A stretch of DNA of 64,000 nucleotides from an uncultured Desulfobacterales bacterium (GCA_964573805.1 CAZNKP010000024.1:827-64826); one strand, 5' to 3'. Shown: positions 1-9,768, counted from the stretch's first letter. The notes: generated from the sequence alone by a model not told the origin. Numbers and translations are program-made.

Positions 1-978
1 CTTATTGATACAAAAGAGAGAAAAATCAATCTAGAATGGCAAATCAAAGACCTTGGTACCGGCACATTGAATCTCACAAATTTTATGGAAAAAGTTTCAC
101 CAGGGTTAGTAGATTCCAGAAACCTCACCGGATGGTGGTATGATCCTGCTTACGATGGGATGGGATTCTTTATTGAGGCAAAAGGGGAAACAATTTTTCT
201 GGCATGGTACAATTATGGTGAAGGCGGTTCACCCATGTGGTTAACATCTACTGGAGAATTCCCTGACAAGGCTACCACTTATTCCGGCACTTTTTCTTCC
301 TGGCGGAACGGCCAAAGCCCTGGCGTAGTATATAAACAACCTCAAGAATTGCCTGGCTCTGGAAACATCACCCTGACCTTTTCCAGCTCCGATAAGGCCT
401 TGGCAGTAATAAATGAAAACACAATCCTGTCACTTGAAAAATTCATGCACAGTAACGAAGAGCCAAAATCTTACATGCCACATCCGTGCAACGACGAGGA
501 ACCAGGAATGGTCAAATGTGGCACAATGACCATTGATGGAGACTATAGGGATTGGACAGAACACTATAGGGTTTATGCTGACATAGACGGACCAGAATGT
601 GACAACGCCCCGGGACTCGATATCAGGGAAGTTTATCTTGCCCAAGATGAGACCTTCATCTACATGCGTTTTGTGCTTAATGGACCTCTGGCCCCCACTT
701 ATGCATATAAATTTGGAAACAGCTTCAGACACATCTTTATAGACCAAAACGAAAACGGCCGCTCATATTTTTATGCAAATGCCTTTGGATTTCCACAGTC
801 TCTTCTGCCGCCAGACTTTCTCCATATCGATGGGAACCAATTCGAATGCAAATTTTACAAATCTGACGTGATGCCCTACTGGAAAGATGACGAGAACCTT
901 GCAACCTGGAATGGACAGGGTTTCATTACAGAGTGCAGGGACTATATCCCTCTTCAAGGGTTGAAGTTTGACTTTTGA
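1..978 (+). CDS. Partial CDS (5' end outside window): uncharacterised protein with a WY-rich domain shared with the 6016-8169 protein
   Basis: Frame 1 is open from nt 1 (LIDTKERKINLEWQIKDLGTG precedes the TTG at 67) to the stop at 976-978. LTGWWYDPAYDGMGFFIEAKGETIFLAWYNYGEGGSPMW aligns with two repeats in the 717-aa protein. The C-terminal half is Cys-containing. Confidence 0.6.
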   Translation, partial: LIDTKERKINLEWQIKDLGTGTLNLTNFMEKVSPGLVDSRNLTGWWYDPAYDGMGFFIEAKGETIFLAWYNYGEGGSPMWLTSTGEFPDKATTYSGTFSSWRNGQSPGVVYKQPQELPGSGNITLTFSSSDKALAVINENTILSLEKFMHSNEEPKSYMPHPCNDEEPGMVKCGTMTIDGDYRDWTEHYRVYADIDGPECDNAPGLDIREVYLAQDETFIYMRFVLNGPLAPTYAYKFGNSFRHIFIDQNENGRSYFYANAFGFPQSLLPPDFLHIDGNQFECKFYKSDVMPYWKDDENLATWNGQGFITECRDYIPLQGLKFDF

Positions 979-1077
979 TAACCGTCCCACTTTTACTGTG
1001 CAGCGGACCACGGTCAAGTGGGTGGTCCGCTGATCTTTATGAAAACATCCGCACATGGCCTGAACTTCTCTTAACAT

Positions 1078-3669
1078 TTAGGACCTGTATACCTTCTTGG
1101 TCCATTTGGCATGCGGGGTTATCTCCTTTCTGACAAACAGGTGGAACTTATGTCTACCCCTCCTGAGCTGATCGAATCTATTATATACATGGACCTTTAC
1201 AAGATCTGTTACAAAGGCAGAGGCTATGGAATAACCCCAAATCAGGCCTATTTCTGGCCATGTTATCGGAGTTATCAAACCAAATCCATAGGCAGCAATA
1301 AGCGTACCTGCTACCTTTGTAACAATGGCCGACCAAACCATGATAGGAGCCGGATAAGGTCTTTCCCAGAAGTGACCCTTTGTTCTAGCCACAAAGAGTA
1401 CCAGATGCCCTGCAATGGCCATCTTGAGAAAGACGTAGGTCTGTACCTGGGTCACGTCTAGATGCAGCCAATCCAAGGCAATAAGCAACATACCAAAACT
1501 GCCAACTATACCCACAATTCCCATGGATGTTGCGACAGTTATCACCTCTGCCATATTCCACCGGGCCGGTTCTGGATTTAGCCTGGTATTATCATATGCA
1601 ATGGTCATAATGGGCACATCATTGAGGAAGGCGAGTAGGATTATCATTATGGCCGTAATGGGATAAAAGTTAAAGAATACCATTGCCAGGACTACAAAGA
1701 CCATTATTCTGATAGTCTCTGAGATCCTATAGATAGCATAGGAATTCATGCGTTCAAATATTTTCCTAGCCTCTTCCACGGCCCTGACTATTACTGAAAG
1801 TCCAGGAGCAGTCAAAACCAGATCGGCAGCAGCCCGTGCCGCATCCGTAGCGCCAGAAACTGCAATACCAACGTCTGCCTGTTTAAGCGCAGGAGCATCA
1901 TTCACCCCATCTCCGGTCATACCAACTATATGATTCTTTTTCTGCAATGCCTTTACAATGGCAAACTTATGCTCTGGAAAGACCTCTGCGAAACCGTCTG
2001 CCTGCTCGATTATTTCCGGTGCAGCCGTAACAAAGGTCTCATGGGTGCCGTCGGCCAAAAATTCAGACACGGGCTTTATATTTGTACCTAGTCCCAACTT
2101 TTTGGCTATCTGCTTTGCTATGGCCAGGTTGTCTCCCGTAACCATCTTTATAGAAATCCCATAGCGTTTGGCATGACGGATGGTTTCGGCTGAGTCTTCG
2201 CGTGGAGGATCAAACAAAGGCAAGATGCCCAAAAGCTCCCAGCTTTCACCATCTCTTGAAACCGCTACCCCAAGAGTCCTGTAACCCTGTTGTGCAAACT
2301 TGTTCACAACTTCTTGGACCTTTTGGGTTGTTTTAGCATCTGGTTTTGCCAAGGCCAAGATAACCTGGGGAGCCCCCTTTGAGACCTTCATAATACTTCC
2401 ATCATCTGCCTGGATCTCTGCCTCTGTACGCTTCCTGACGGGATCAAAGGGGATGAAGTGTAGCTGCCTAAACTTTTTTAACAAATCCTTCTTTTTAAGG
2501 GCCATCAAAATAGCCTTGTCAATAGCGTCTGCATCCTCTTCCTTGCATGCAAGTGCCGCATAAAGAATCAGTTCCTCTTCGTTTTTGGCTCCTATGGTTA
2601 CAGGTTCACCGAGGGTAAGCTCGTTTTTGGTCAAGGTACCTGTCTTATCGGAACAGAGTATATCCATCCCTGCCATCTCCTCAATGGACTCAAGCCTTGA
2701 AACAATGGCCTTCATCTTTGAAAGGGCCAAGGCACCTACAGCCATAGTTACAGAAAGGACAGCCGGCATGGCTACAGGAATAGATGCTACAGTTAGAATA
2801 AGAGCAAACTGAACCAAGTCGAGCCAAGGGGCACCCCTATGAAGTTGAAACAGAACCAAGACAGCCACTAAGGCCAAGGAAACATAGATCAGGTAGTCGG
2901 CAATTGTGAGGACTGCTTTTTGGAAATGAGAAACAGTCTTGGCACTAGAAACAAGCTGGGCCGTCTTCCCAAAATAGGTATTTTTGCCTGTTGCCGTTAC
3001 TATCGCGACCATCTCCCCTTGTTTAACAATGGAGCCAGAGTAGGCATTATCACCCCTTGACTTGCTAACAGGAAGAGACTCACCTGTCAGTGCAGATTGG
3101 TCTATGCTGAGATAGTCTCCCTCAAGCAAAACCACGTCTGCAGGCACAATATCCCCCAGCCGCAATCTGATAATGTCTCCAGGGACAAGGGTAGAGGCAT
3201 CCACCTCCTGCCACTTCCCGTCTCTAAGAACCCGGGCCTTAAGAGCAAGCTTCTTCTTCAAGGCTTCTACGGCATTACCTGCCTTATATTCCTGCCAAAA
3301 ACCGACAGCTGCATTGAAGACAAGAAGGGCACAAATAATAGCAAAATCACTCCAATGCCTTACAATGGCCGACAAGATGGCGGCTACCTCTATCATCCAG
3401 GGTATCGGTCCCCAGAAGTAGCTGAGAAACTTTATTATCGGGTTTACCTTTTTCTCCTCAAGGGTGTTAGGACCATATTGGGCAAGACGCTTCTGTACCT
3501 CTTGTGAAGTCAAACCCTTTGGACTGGCCTGAAGGGACTGAAACAAACTTTCCAGTTCGGCTTCGTCAAGGTGTCTTTCCATTGAGACCTGACGGTTTTG
3601 GGAACTTGAATCGGTTTCTTTGGCTTCCTCGCCGTTCTGAGAAATAGTTGCGGAATTTGTATTAGCCAT
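1078..3669 (-). CDS. P-type ATPase, plasma-membrane H+-ATPase-like (type IIIA)
   Basis: 863 aa with TGESLPV actuator motif, CSDKTGTLT phosphorylation site, MVTGDN and GDGVNDAPALKQADVGIAV hinge, and about 10 hydrophobic segments. The N-terminus (GLTSQEVQKRLAQYGPNTLEEKK) is typical of the H+-ATPase subfamily. Confidence 0.9.
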   Translation of the reverse strand: MANTNSATISQNGEEAKETDSSSQNRQVSMERHLDEAELESLFQSLQASPKGLTSQEVQKRLAQYGPNTLEEKKVNPIIKFLSYFWGPIPWMIEVAAILSAIVRHWSDFAIICALLVFNAAVGFWQEYKAGNAVEALKKKLALKARVLRDGKWQEVDASTLVPGDIIRLRLGDIVPADVVLLEGDYLSIDQSALTGESLPVSKSRGDNAYSGSIVKQGEMVAIVTATGKNTYFGKTAQLVSSAKTVSHFQKAVLTIADYLIYVSLALVAVLVLFQLHRGAPWLDLVQFALILTVASIPVAMPAVLSVTMAVGALALSKMKAIVSRLESIEEMAGMDILCSDKTGTLTKNELTLGEPVTIGAKNEEELILYAALACKEEDADAIDKAILMALKKKDLLKKFRQLHFIPFDPVRKRTEAEIQADDGSIMKVSKGAPQVILALAKPDAKTTQKVQEVVNKFAQQGYRTLGVAVSRDGESWELLGILPLFDPPREDSAETIRHAKRYGISIKMVTGDNLAIAKQIAKKLGLGTNIKPVSEFLADGTHETFVTAAPEIIEQADGFAEVFPEHKFAIVKALQKKNHIVGMTGDGVNDAPALKQADVGIAVSGATDAARAAADLVLTAPGLSVIVRAVEEARKIFERMNSYAIYRISETIRIMVFVVLAMVFFNFYPITAIMIILLAFLNDVPIMTIAYDNTRLNPEPARWNMAEVITVATSMGIVGIVGSFGMLLIALDWLHLDVTQVQTYVFLKMAIAGHLVLFVARTKGHFWERPYPAPIMVWSAIVTKVAGTLIAAYGFGLITPITWPEIGLIWGYSIASAFVTDLVKVHVYNRFDQLRRGRHKFHLFVRKEITPHAKWTKKVYRS

Positions 3670-3877
3670 GATGGGCCTCCCTTGAAATTGATCTATAGCC
3701 TAACCAAACAAAGGACCTGCTAGAATTTACGTTAAACACGCTTCAAGAGGTTTCAAGGAAGCAAAGATTTCCCATTTTCTTTCTTGGCATATCAGGCTTG
3801 ACGCCTTAATAAGGCATACATAGCGTATTTTTTGTGTGCTTCCCAGATTCTTTGTAAGGACGCAAGGAGGGAAAGCT

Positions 3878-4894
3878 ATGAAAATTTTGGTTTACAGTGC
3901 AAGATCATACGATCAACAGTTTCTTGAAAAGGCAAACCAAGAAAACCTATGCATTTTTCATTTTACAGAGGCGCAACTTAAGCCCGATTCGGTGGTTATG
4001 GCCAAAAATTTTGACGCTGTTTGCTGTTTCGTCAACGATGACTTAAGCAAAACTGTGCTGGAAAGGCTAGCATCCTTTGGCATAAGGCTCGTGCTACTGC
4101 GTTGTACAGGTTTTAACAATGTGGATCTGGAATGTGCTGAAAAACTAAACATAACAGTAATGCGAGTGGCAAAGTATTCACCCTATTCGGTGGCAGAATT
4201 TACCGTTGGCCTTATGCTCAACCTTAACCGCAAGATCCACAGGGCCTATAACAGGGTCAAGGAGGAAAACTTTCTGCTAGACGGACTCCTGGGTTTTGAC
4301 ATGCATGGCAAAACTGTGGGGATATTGGGAACGGGCAAGATCGGCACCGTAGTAGGAAGAATCCTCTCACAGGGCTTTGGTATGCGGGTCCTAGCCCATG
4401 ACATGGTAGAAAATCCAGAAGTAAAGGAATATGGAGGGACCTATGTCAAGCTTGATGAACTGCTCAAGCTATCCGATATAGTGACCCTGCACCTACCACT
4501 CACACCTGACACCTACCATCTTATTAACGAGGAAAGGCTTGCCATGATGAAGAAAGGGGCAATGCTTATCAATACCAGTAGAGGGGCCATTATAGATACA
4601 CGGGCATTGATCGAAAGCCTTAGGTCTAAACACCTGGGTGCCGCTGGTCTTGACGTTTACGAAGAAGAGGGTGACATTTTCTATAAAAACCTTTCCGGCC
4701 AGATCATTGATGACGAGGTTTTTCTGCTGCTTCTCACTTTTCCTAACGTCATTGTTACTGGGCACCAGGCCTATTTCACCAAAGAGGCCCTAACACACAT
4801 CGCCGAAACCACCATTAAAAATGTAAAAGATTTTCTTGCCAACAGATCAAACGAGAATGTGCTGGTAGCCAATAAGGTCCTCAGAAATCTTTAA
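3878..4894 (+). CDS. ldhA: D-lactate dehydrogenase (D-isomer-specific 2-hydroxyacid dehydrogenase)
   Basis: Collinear with E. coli LdhA as I remember it (MKILVYS..., VFVNDD, LLRCTGFNNVDL, GILGTGKIGT NAD fold, NTSRGAIID, TGHQAYFT). AAGGAGG RBS at 3864-3870 precedes the ATG at 3878; the ORF-track start at 3836 is probably too long. Confidence 0.85.
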   Translation: MKILVYSARSYDQQFLEKANQENLCIFHFTEAQLKPDSVVMAKNFDAVCCFVNDDLSKTVLERLASFGIRLVLLRCTGFNNVDLECAEKLNITVMRVAKYSPYSVAEFTVGLMLNLNRKIHRAYNRVKEENFLLDGLLGFDMHGKTVGILGTGKIGTVVGRILSQGFGMRVLAHDMVENPEVKEYGGTYVKLDELLKLSDIVTLHLPLTPDTYHLINEERLAMMKKGAMLINTSRGAIIDTRALIESLRSKHLGAAGLDVYEEEGDIFYKNLSGQIIDDEVFLLLLTFPNVIVTGHQAYFTKEALTHIAETTIKNVKDFLANRSNENVLVANKVLRNL

Positions 4895-4909
4895 TAGAAT
4901 ATGGATTCA

Positions 4910-6016
4910 TCAAGGCGTGAAAGAAATCTCCAAGCGGACCCTTGAAACATTGCTCGTCATTGTACCGTAAGACCATGGAATACCGTCCAAGATGGTCGTA
5001 AATGCTGAAACAGTAAAAGATTCCCCTGTAAGCTCAGGATTTGCTGGAACAGAGAAGACGAAGGGCTCCAGCCTTGTTTTAGGCTTCCAGCCACTCTTTA
5101 TGGGGACAGGCTCTTGGAGCCTTTCTCCATCTTGAGTTAGATACCAAACCATACCCTCTTTATCGGTTATTGTCACATAGAGATCCCCTCTGAAGCAGGG
5201 TCTGGTAACAATGGCGGAAATGGAAAAATCCATTAAATCTCCAGGAAAATATCTGGATCGACTTGCCGCAATAGCCAGCCTGACGGGTTCTTTCGCCTTT
5301 GCTGCAAACCATACAGTCGACCACAAATCAATAACATCCTGTACCGCATTGGCATAACAAGTCTGTGAAATCGTTTTCAGGCTATCGAGCCCATTACCAT
5401 TTTGATATTCCTGCACAATTGGGGCATAGTACCTGTTTGCCCTTGCAGCACTTTCCATTGCCTTTATATCTATATCGTCCCAGAATTCGCTCCCCTTATA
5501 AGAAAAATGCAGAAAATCCCTATCCTGATATAGATCAAACTCATATAATAAATGTATCCAGTCGTTGTCATTCAGATAGTCATCAGTATGCAACGGCTGG
5601 TTCAGGTCTTCTATATAGTGAGCAATACGGCCAAGGGTCCTTGCAACCTCTTCCATGGCACAACAATTTTCCCTCAAACATGAAATCAGTTCTTTAGAAA
5701 GCAACTGCACATATTCAGGCCCATCCGTCTCGTCCCTAGGCTTCCGGTGAACGTTCCATTCATGATGTGGCCAATCCTGCAATATCAAGTCAGGGACCAT
5801 AGAATTCCAAAGTATGGAATCTTTATAGGGAGAAAGGGCCTCTTTCAGCTCAATAGGCAGATTATCATAGGCTATCCTGGTGATATCTTTGTGCATAAAG
5901 GTTTGCCAAGATAAACACTCACGGCAAGGGAATAAAAATACATTTAAAAACATAAAGAGAGGGGCAAGGGTAACAAAAATACACCCTTGCCCCTCTCTTT
6001 TAAAATCAAATATCAT
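4910..6016 (-). CDS. Exported zinc-dependent phospholipase C / S1-P1 nuclease-like protein with an extra C-terminal beta domain
   Basis: N-terminal hydrophobic leader, then W-x4-H (LSWQTFMHKD) and HYIEDLNQPLHTDD, which resembles the Zn-PLC HYxxDxxxPxH motif. ATG at 6016 overlaps the upstream stop (TGATG), suggesting translational coupling. The family call is tentative. Confidence 0.45.
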   Translation of the reverse strand: MIFDFKREGQGCIFVTLAPLFMFLNVFLFPCRECLSWQTFMHKDITRIAYDNLPIELKEALSPYKDSILWNSMVPDLILQDWPHHEWNVHRKPRDETDGPEYVQLLSKELISCLRENCCAMEEVARTLGRIAHYIEDLNQPLHTDDYLNDNDWIHLLYEFDLYQDRDFLHFSYKGSEFWDDIDIKAMESAARANRYYAPIVQEYQNGNGLDSLKTISQTCYANAVQDVIDLWSTVWFAAKAKEPVRLAIAASRSRYFPGDLMDFSISAIVTRPCFRGDLYVTITDKEGMVWYLTQDGERLQEPVPIKSGWKPKTRLEPFVFSVPANPELTGESFTVSAFTTILDGIPWSYGTMTSNVSRVRLEISFTP

Positions 6017-8169
6017 CACTGGCTGGTAAATACATATCCAAGACAAGATCCATCAAAGGTAAATCTCCCTCTATTTGCACCCTTGGTCACCACAATACTA
6101 CCTGACACCGGGGTATTTTCACACTTGCTAGGATCTATCTCCAGATTTTCCATAACTATCTGATAATCAGCCACAGTCATAGGGCCGGATGTGCTTATGA
6201 AAAAGTCGGATTGGGATGAACCCTGGCTTATTGTAAAACTGCCAACCACAGGGCCGCTGCTGGTTTGAAGATTCATATTCACACTGCCAGCACCTTGGGA
6301 CTGGCCCCTAATCGATACGGTTCCAGATGTTGTATCTTGAGCCACTACCAGATTAGTAAATGTAATATCTACAACGCCACCATTGCCAAGTGTCTGTACA
6401 AGGCCAGTAATATACGATCCGCTAGAATCTCCTAAAGAAGATATGGAGTCCATATTGATATTGGTGAGCCTCAAGTTTATCTGTCCTTGGAGAGGTTGAT
6501 GATCTACTGTCTGTAGATTGAGGTTTACGTTGCTTGAACCACTCAACAAATCAGAAGATCCAGACGTGGCAAGATTCAATACAACAGATGCCGACCCACT
6601 ACCTAAAAACTCCCCGTTTCGAGTGAGATTCTGGACCGCAAGCTGGCTATCAAGGTGTATACTGTCGGTGCTCATAGTAATATTCAGTGGCAGATTGATG
6701 CTTCCAGTCCATCTATTACCTGCCTTATCAGTGCAACCTGAGCCAAAATCTATTTGTAAAGGAATATACATAGGACCTGACAAGGTGAGATTACTAAGAT
6801 CGCCATAACTTATCTTTGGACATGTTGACTTTTCAATATTTGATAGATCAAAGGATGCAAAACCCTCTGTCAGGCCATCTATTACATCACTACTATCTGT
6901 AAAGATACTTAAGACATCGTCAACCGCCATTTCCAGTTCGAGTTCTTTATTGTCCACCTGGGTACTTAGGAGAGTGACCGATGTCTCTGGCTTGCTCCAA
7001 CCAGAATTCATAGGAGCTGGCAAATCTATGTTTACACCAATGGTTCCGTGGGTCAGGTCTGCAAAATTTCTGGTGATTGTTCCTGCTGTTGCAGAACGGA
7101 AACCAGAATCTTGACAGTTGGGACACGGACCAAAAAAGACCAGAGCCGGTACGCTTGCATTTGAAAAGGCATCCTGGCCACTGGAAGAGTTTAATGCCCA
7201 CCTAGGCTCTCCCTGGGAATCATAAAAATAGGCCACAATGGCTACTGTATTGCCCTGGGTATCTATGGAATAACCATAGCCAGGCTCTGCGCTGTTGTAC
7301 CAGAGTCCAGTCAGGTTAGACTGGGGAATGTCATCTGCCATCCTAAAACGTTCCATGGTTTCGCTGCCACTTTGACCATTCAAGTTCCACCTAAAAATTG
7401 CCTGGGTGCGATTCTTGAATTCCAAGGAAATATTACCAACAGGAGTGGGAGTGGCACTCGAGCCATTCCAATGATATCTGTTCAATGTGGCTGTCCATGT
7501 CTTTGAACCAGAATACGGCCCTATGGCAAGATACCATGTCGGTGTCTGGTCTGGATTATAGGTATACCAAACCGCCGCCAGATTGTTGCCGGATACTTCA
7601 AGGTCTATTCCATGTCCCGGTTCTGCCTTATTGTACCACAATCCAGACTGGGGCGTAAAAGATGGATTTGACATGGAGGACCCGCCACTGCCGGAGGAAC
7701 TGCTTCCAGCAGAAGAATTGCCTGAAGAGTTAGAAGAAGAACTGGAAGAACTTCCTACCCGGCTGGTAGCCCTAACAGTAACGGTAGTGGCATAATTGTT
7801 TAAATTAACTAAAGATACATACCAAGTACCTGGAGCTATAGGAGGAGAGGTAGATTGATTTATTGTAACACTTTCATGCCAAGAGGGTGATTCAGAAGCA
7901 AAATCGGAATTGGCATGGATCTCATCACTAGTGGTCCCTATTGCAGGCTGTCCTTTTTTGACATAGAGGTCTATGTCACCAGAACCACTTGCAATTTCGA
8001 TGGTTATTGATACTTCGTCAGCCTCTATTATAAGAGGATAATAATCAAGGCTCATCGGATCGAGCCTAACAGAAATTTCTGCCACATTTGCACTTAATAG
8101 GCTAAAATGGCCCAACAAAAAAAGCGCGCATATACCAAACCAGACCCCTATCCCTGTAATTCTTTTCAT
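6016..8169 (-). CDS. Secreted multidomain protein: signal peptide, PPC-like domain, Ser-rich linker, two WY-rich repeats, beta-rich C-terminal region
   Basis: Signal peptide MKRITGIGVWFGICALFLLGHFSLLSANVA. PPC-like block (GSGDIDLYVKKGQP...GTWYVSLVN). Linker SSSSSSSNSSGNSSAGSSSSGSGGSS. Repeats GLWYNKAEPGHG... and GLWYNSAEPGYG.... AAGGAGGAG RBS upstream. Confidence 0.8.
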   Translation of the reverse strand: MKRITGIGVWFGICALFLLGHFSLLSANVAEISVRLDPMSLDYYPLIIEADEVSITIEIASGSGDIDLYVKKGQPAIGTTSDEIHANSDFASESPSWHESVTINQSTSPPIAPGTWYVSLVNLNNYATTVTVRATSRVGSSSSSSSNSSGNSSAGSSSSGSGGSSMSNPSFTPQSGLWYNKAEPGHGIDLEVSGNNLAAVWYTYNPDQTPTWYLAIGPYSGSKTWTATLNRYHWNGSSATPTPVGNISLEFKNRTQAIFRWNLNGQSGSETMERFRMADDIPQSNLTGLWYNSAEPGYGYSIDTQGNTVAIVAYFYDSQGEPRWALNSSSGQDAFSNASVPALVFFGPCPNCQDSGFRSATAGTITRNFADLTHGTIGVNIDLPAPMNSGWSKPETSVTLLSTQVDNKELELEMAVDDVLSIFTDSSDVIDGLTEGFASFDLSNIEKSTCPKISYGDLSNLTLSGPMYIPLQIDFGSGCTDKAGNRWTGSINLPLNITMSTDSIHLDSQLAVQNLTRNGEFLGSGSASVVLNLATSGSSDLLSGSSNVNLNLQTVDHQPLQGQINLRLTNINMDSISSLGDSSGSYITGLVQTLGNGGVVDITFTNLVVAQDTTSGTVSIRGQSQGAGSVNMNLQTSSGPVVGSFTISQGSSQSDFFISTSGPMTVADYQIVMENLEIDPSKCENTPVSGSIVVTKGANRGRFTFDGSCLGYVFTSQ

Positions 8170-8391
8170 TAGCGTCTCCTCCTTTGCCCTTGACTTCGGT
8201 TCTTTTTATATCATCTGCAATTGATATTCCTAAAAAATAAATAAATGTAACAATTAAAAAGATTAAAAAGGCGTAGAATTGACTGTTTTTTATATGCTCT
8301 CAAAGTGAGGTAAAAAAATTACACAGAATGGAAAAATTTTTCCGTTAAAAATAGTTCCTGTAAGAAGAAAACTACAAGTCAACAAAATCAA

Positions 8392-8419
8392 CCAAACAAA
8401 AAGGGGCCTGAGGCCCCTT
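8392..8419 (-). terminator. Rho-independent terminator after the 8454-8798 gene
   Basis: GGGGCC-TCA-GGCCCC hairpin (minus strand) followed by TTTTTGTTTG. Confidence 0.7.
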
Positions 8420-8453
8420 CACTTATAAAATAGACGATGTTGAAAATTCTTTG

Positions 8454-8798
8454 CTATTCTTCAAAAAATTTCTTTTCAACTTCAATACCTGCATCCTCTA
8501 AGCGCTTGTAATCTTCTTTTAACCTTGCGTTTGCAAGGTTCAAACAGGCCTTTTTGGCCTCAAATGACTCTGTTGAAAATTCGGTAGCATAGGTCTTTCT
8601 TACTGTGTAGTGTTGTCCATCTATATCAAAGACAAAATCAGCTGTATACAAAAAGGCCTCCATTTCCTCTGTAATTTCTGCTTCTGGATGAACCAAATAC
8701 TTCACCGGCTGCTTAAACACATTGACCCTACAGGTTGCCTTTTCCGCACCCTTTGCCTTTTCTATAATTTCTTCAAGTCTTGTTTTTAGTCTTTCCAT
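8454..8798 (-). CDS. Hypothetical small acidic protein (114 aa)
   Basis: ORF with an AAAGGGGGG RBS just upstream of the ATG and its own terminator. I recognise no motif. Confidence 0.6.
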   Translation of the reverse strand: MERLKTRLEEIIEKAKGAEKATCRVNVFKQPVKYLVHPEAEITEEMEAFLYTADFVFDIDGQHYTVRKTYATEFSTESFEAKKACLNLANARLKEDYKRLEDAGIEVEKKFFEE

Positions 8799-8900
8799 TT
8801 TGTCCCCCCTTTTATTAAAAAATCAGATAGTTAAACAGTTCCGTTTCGCTTTTTATAATTTCAAGGTAAGTATTAACTCTCTCCAGTCAAGCAAGATTAA

Positions 8901-8929
8901 GAAAAGAAAAAGGGCGGCCAAGGGCCGCC
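8901..8929 (-). terminator. Rho-independent terminator ending the amtB-glnK-porin operon
   Basis: GGCGGCC-CTT-GGCCGCC hairpin on the minus strand followed by CTTTTTCTTTTC. Confidence 0.7.
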
Positions 8930-8973
8930 AAAAAACAAGGGTATTAAAATCAGAGAAATCAGGGAAATCTTGA

Positions 8974-9768
8974 TCAGAATGAAAAACCCACTGTAACACC
9001 CCCATAAATAAAATTGTTGTGGCTACTCCCAAGGGCCCTTTTGGACATATCCTTGGACCCGTCCCCACTCAACGGGAATACCCAGTCAACCTCTGGCGTT
9101 ATATTAAAATATCTGGCGGCCTTGCTGCTTACAAAAGTGGACATTGGTATGGACATGGATACCGAGGCCTTCCCATGATGTAGCCCAGAAAATTCATCAT
9201 TAGGATCATCAGGATCTGGATATGCCCCTGAATCATCTGAAAACAGCGCGCTGGCAAGCAAAGAAACATCAAGGCTTACATCCCTGCCCACAGAGAGGCT
9301 GTGAGAGATCTCCAATGTTAAATAAGTGCTGGAATAGTGAGCAAACTCCCTGTAAGCGCTTAAAGTTGGTGACAAAAACGAGTTTATCGTGGCTGAGATG
9401 TAAAATTCCTGGCTATCAAGGGCTTGGTCGAGGGCATAGTATATATAGCCAATAGATGTGCTTACAGGTCCGAAACTCTTCTCATAACTTAGCGTGTAAT
9501 CGGTCTCTGTAAGGTTGTCCAAGGCCTCTATATTATCGTAGAGGTCTGTATCATAATTGGCCCATATATTTGCAGAAAAACCCTTGTATGAAAAAGTGGT
9601 TGAAGGCTGAATAACAAGGGAATTTTTACTGAGCTGTTGGCCTCTCCAAATGTAAGCGCTAAAAAAACTCACCGACAGGTCTGCACCAGGCCTATCCTCT
9701 TGACAAAAGGCCGGCCCAGCTCCCACAAGAAACACCGCCATCAAAAACACCGTTACAATTCTTTTCAT
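8974..9768 (-). CDS. Outer-membrane beta-barrel protein (TorF/Gcw_chp-like porin candidate)
   Basis: Signal peptide MKRIVTVFLMAVFLVGAGPAFCQ, alternating beta-strand pattern, and a C-terminal aromatic end (GGVTVGFSF). The N-terminal block SAYIWRGQQLS...GFSANIWANYD resembles the Gcw_chp family as I remember it. Confidence 0.65.
   Translation of the reverse strand: MKRIVTVFLMAVFLVGAGPAFCQEDRPGADLSVSFFSAYIWRGQQLSKNSLVIQPSTTFSYKGFSANIWANYDTDLYDNIEALDNLTETDYTLSYEKSFGPVSTSIGYIYYALDQALDSQEFYISATINSFLSPTLSAYREFAHYSSTYLTLEISHSLSVGRDVSLDVSLLASALFSDDSGAYPDPDDPNDEFSGLHHGKASVSMSIPMSTFVSSKAARYFNITPEVDWVFPLSGDGSKDMSKRALGSSHNNFIYGGVTVGFSF

Noticed and set aside
3784-3802. sigma54-like string TTGGCATATCAGGCTTGAC upstream of ldhA.
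   Set aside because: The GG and GC elements are two nucleotides too close (GC at positions 12-13 instead of 14-15 relative to TGGCAC-N5-TTGC). A sigma70-like TTGACG box overlaps it instead.
8330-8343. Perfect 14-bp palindrome GGAAAAATTTTTCC in the AT-rich spacer upstream of the 717-aa secreted protein gene.
   Set aside because: It is a loop-less A/T palindrome in very AT-rich DNA, so it could arise by chance. I can assign no matching regulator motif, so it is noted but not called.
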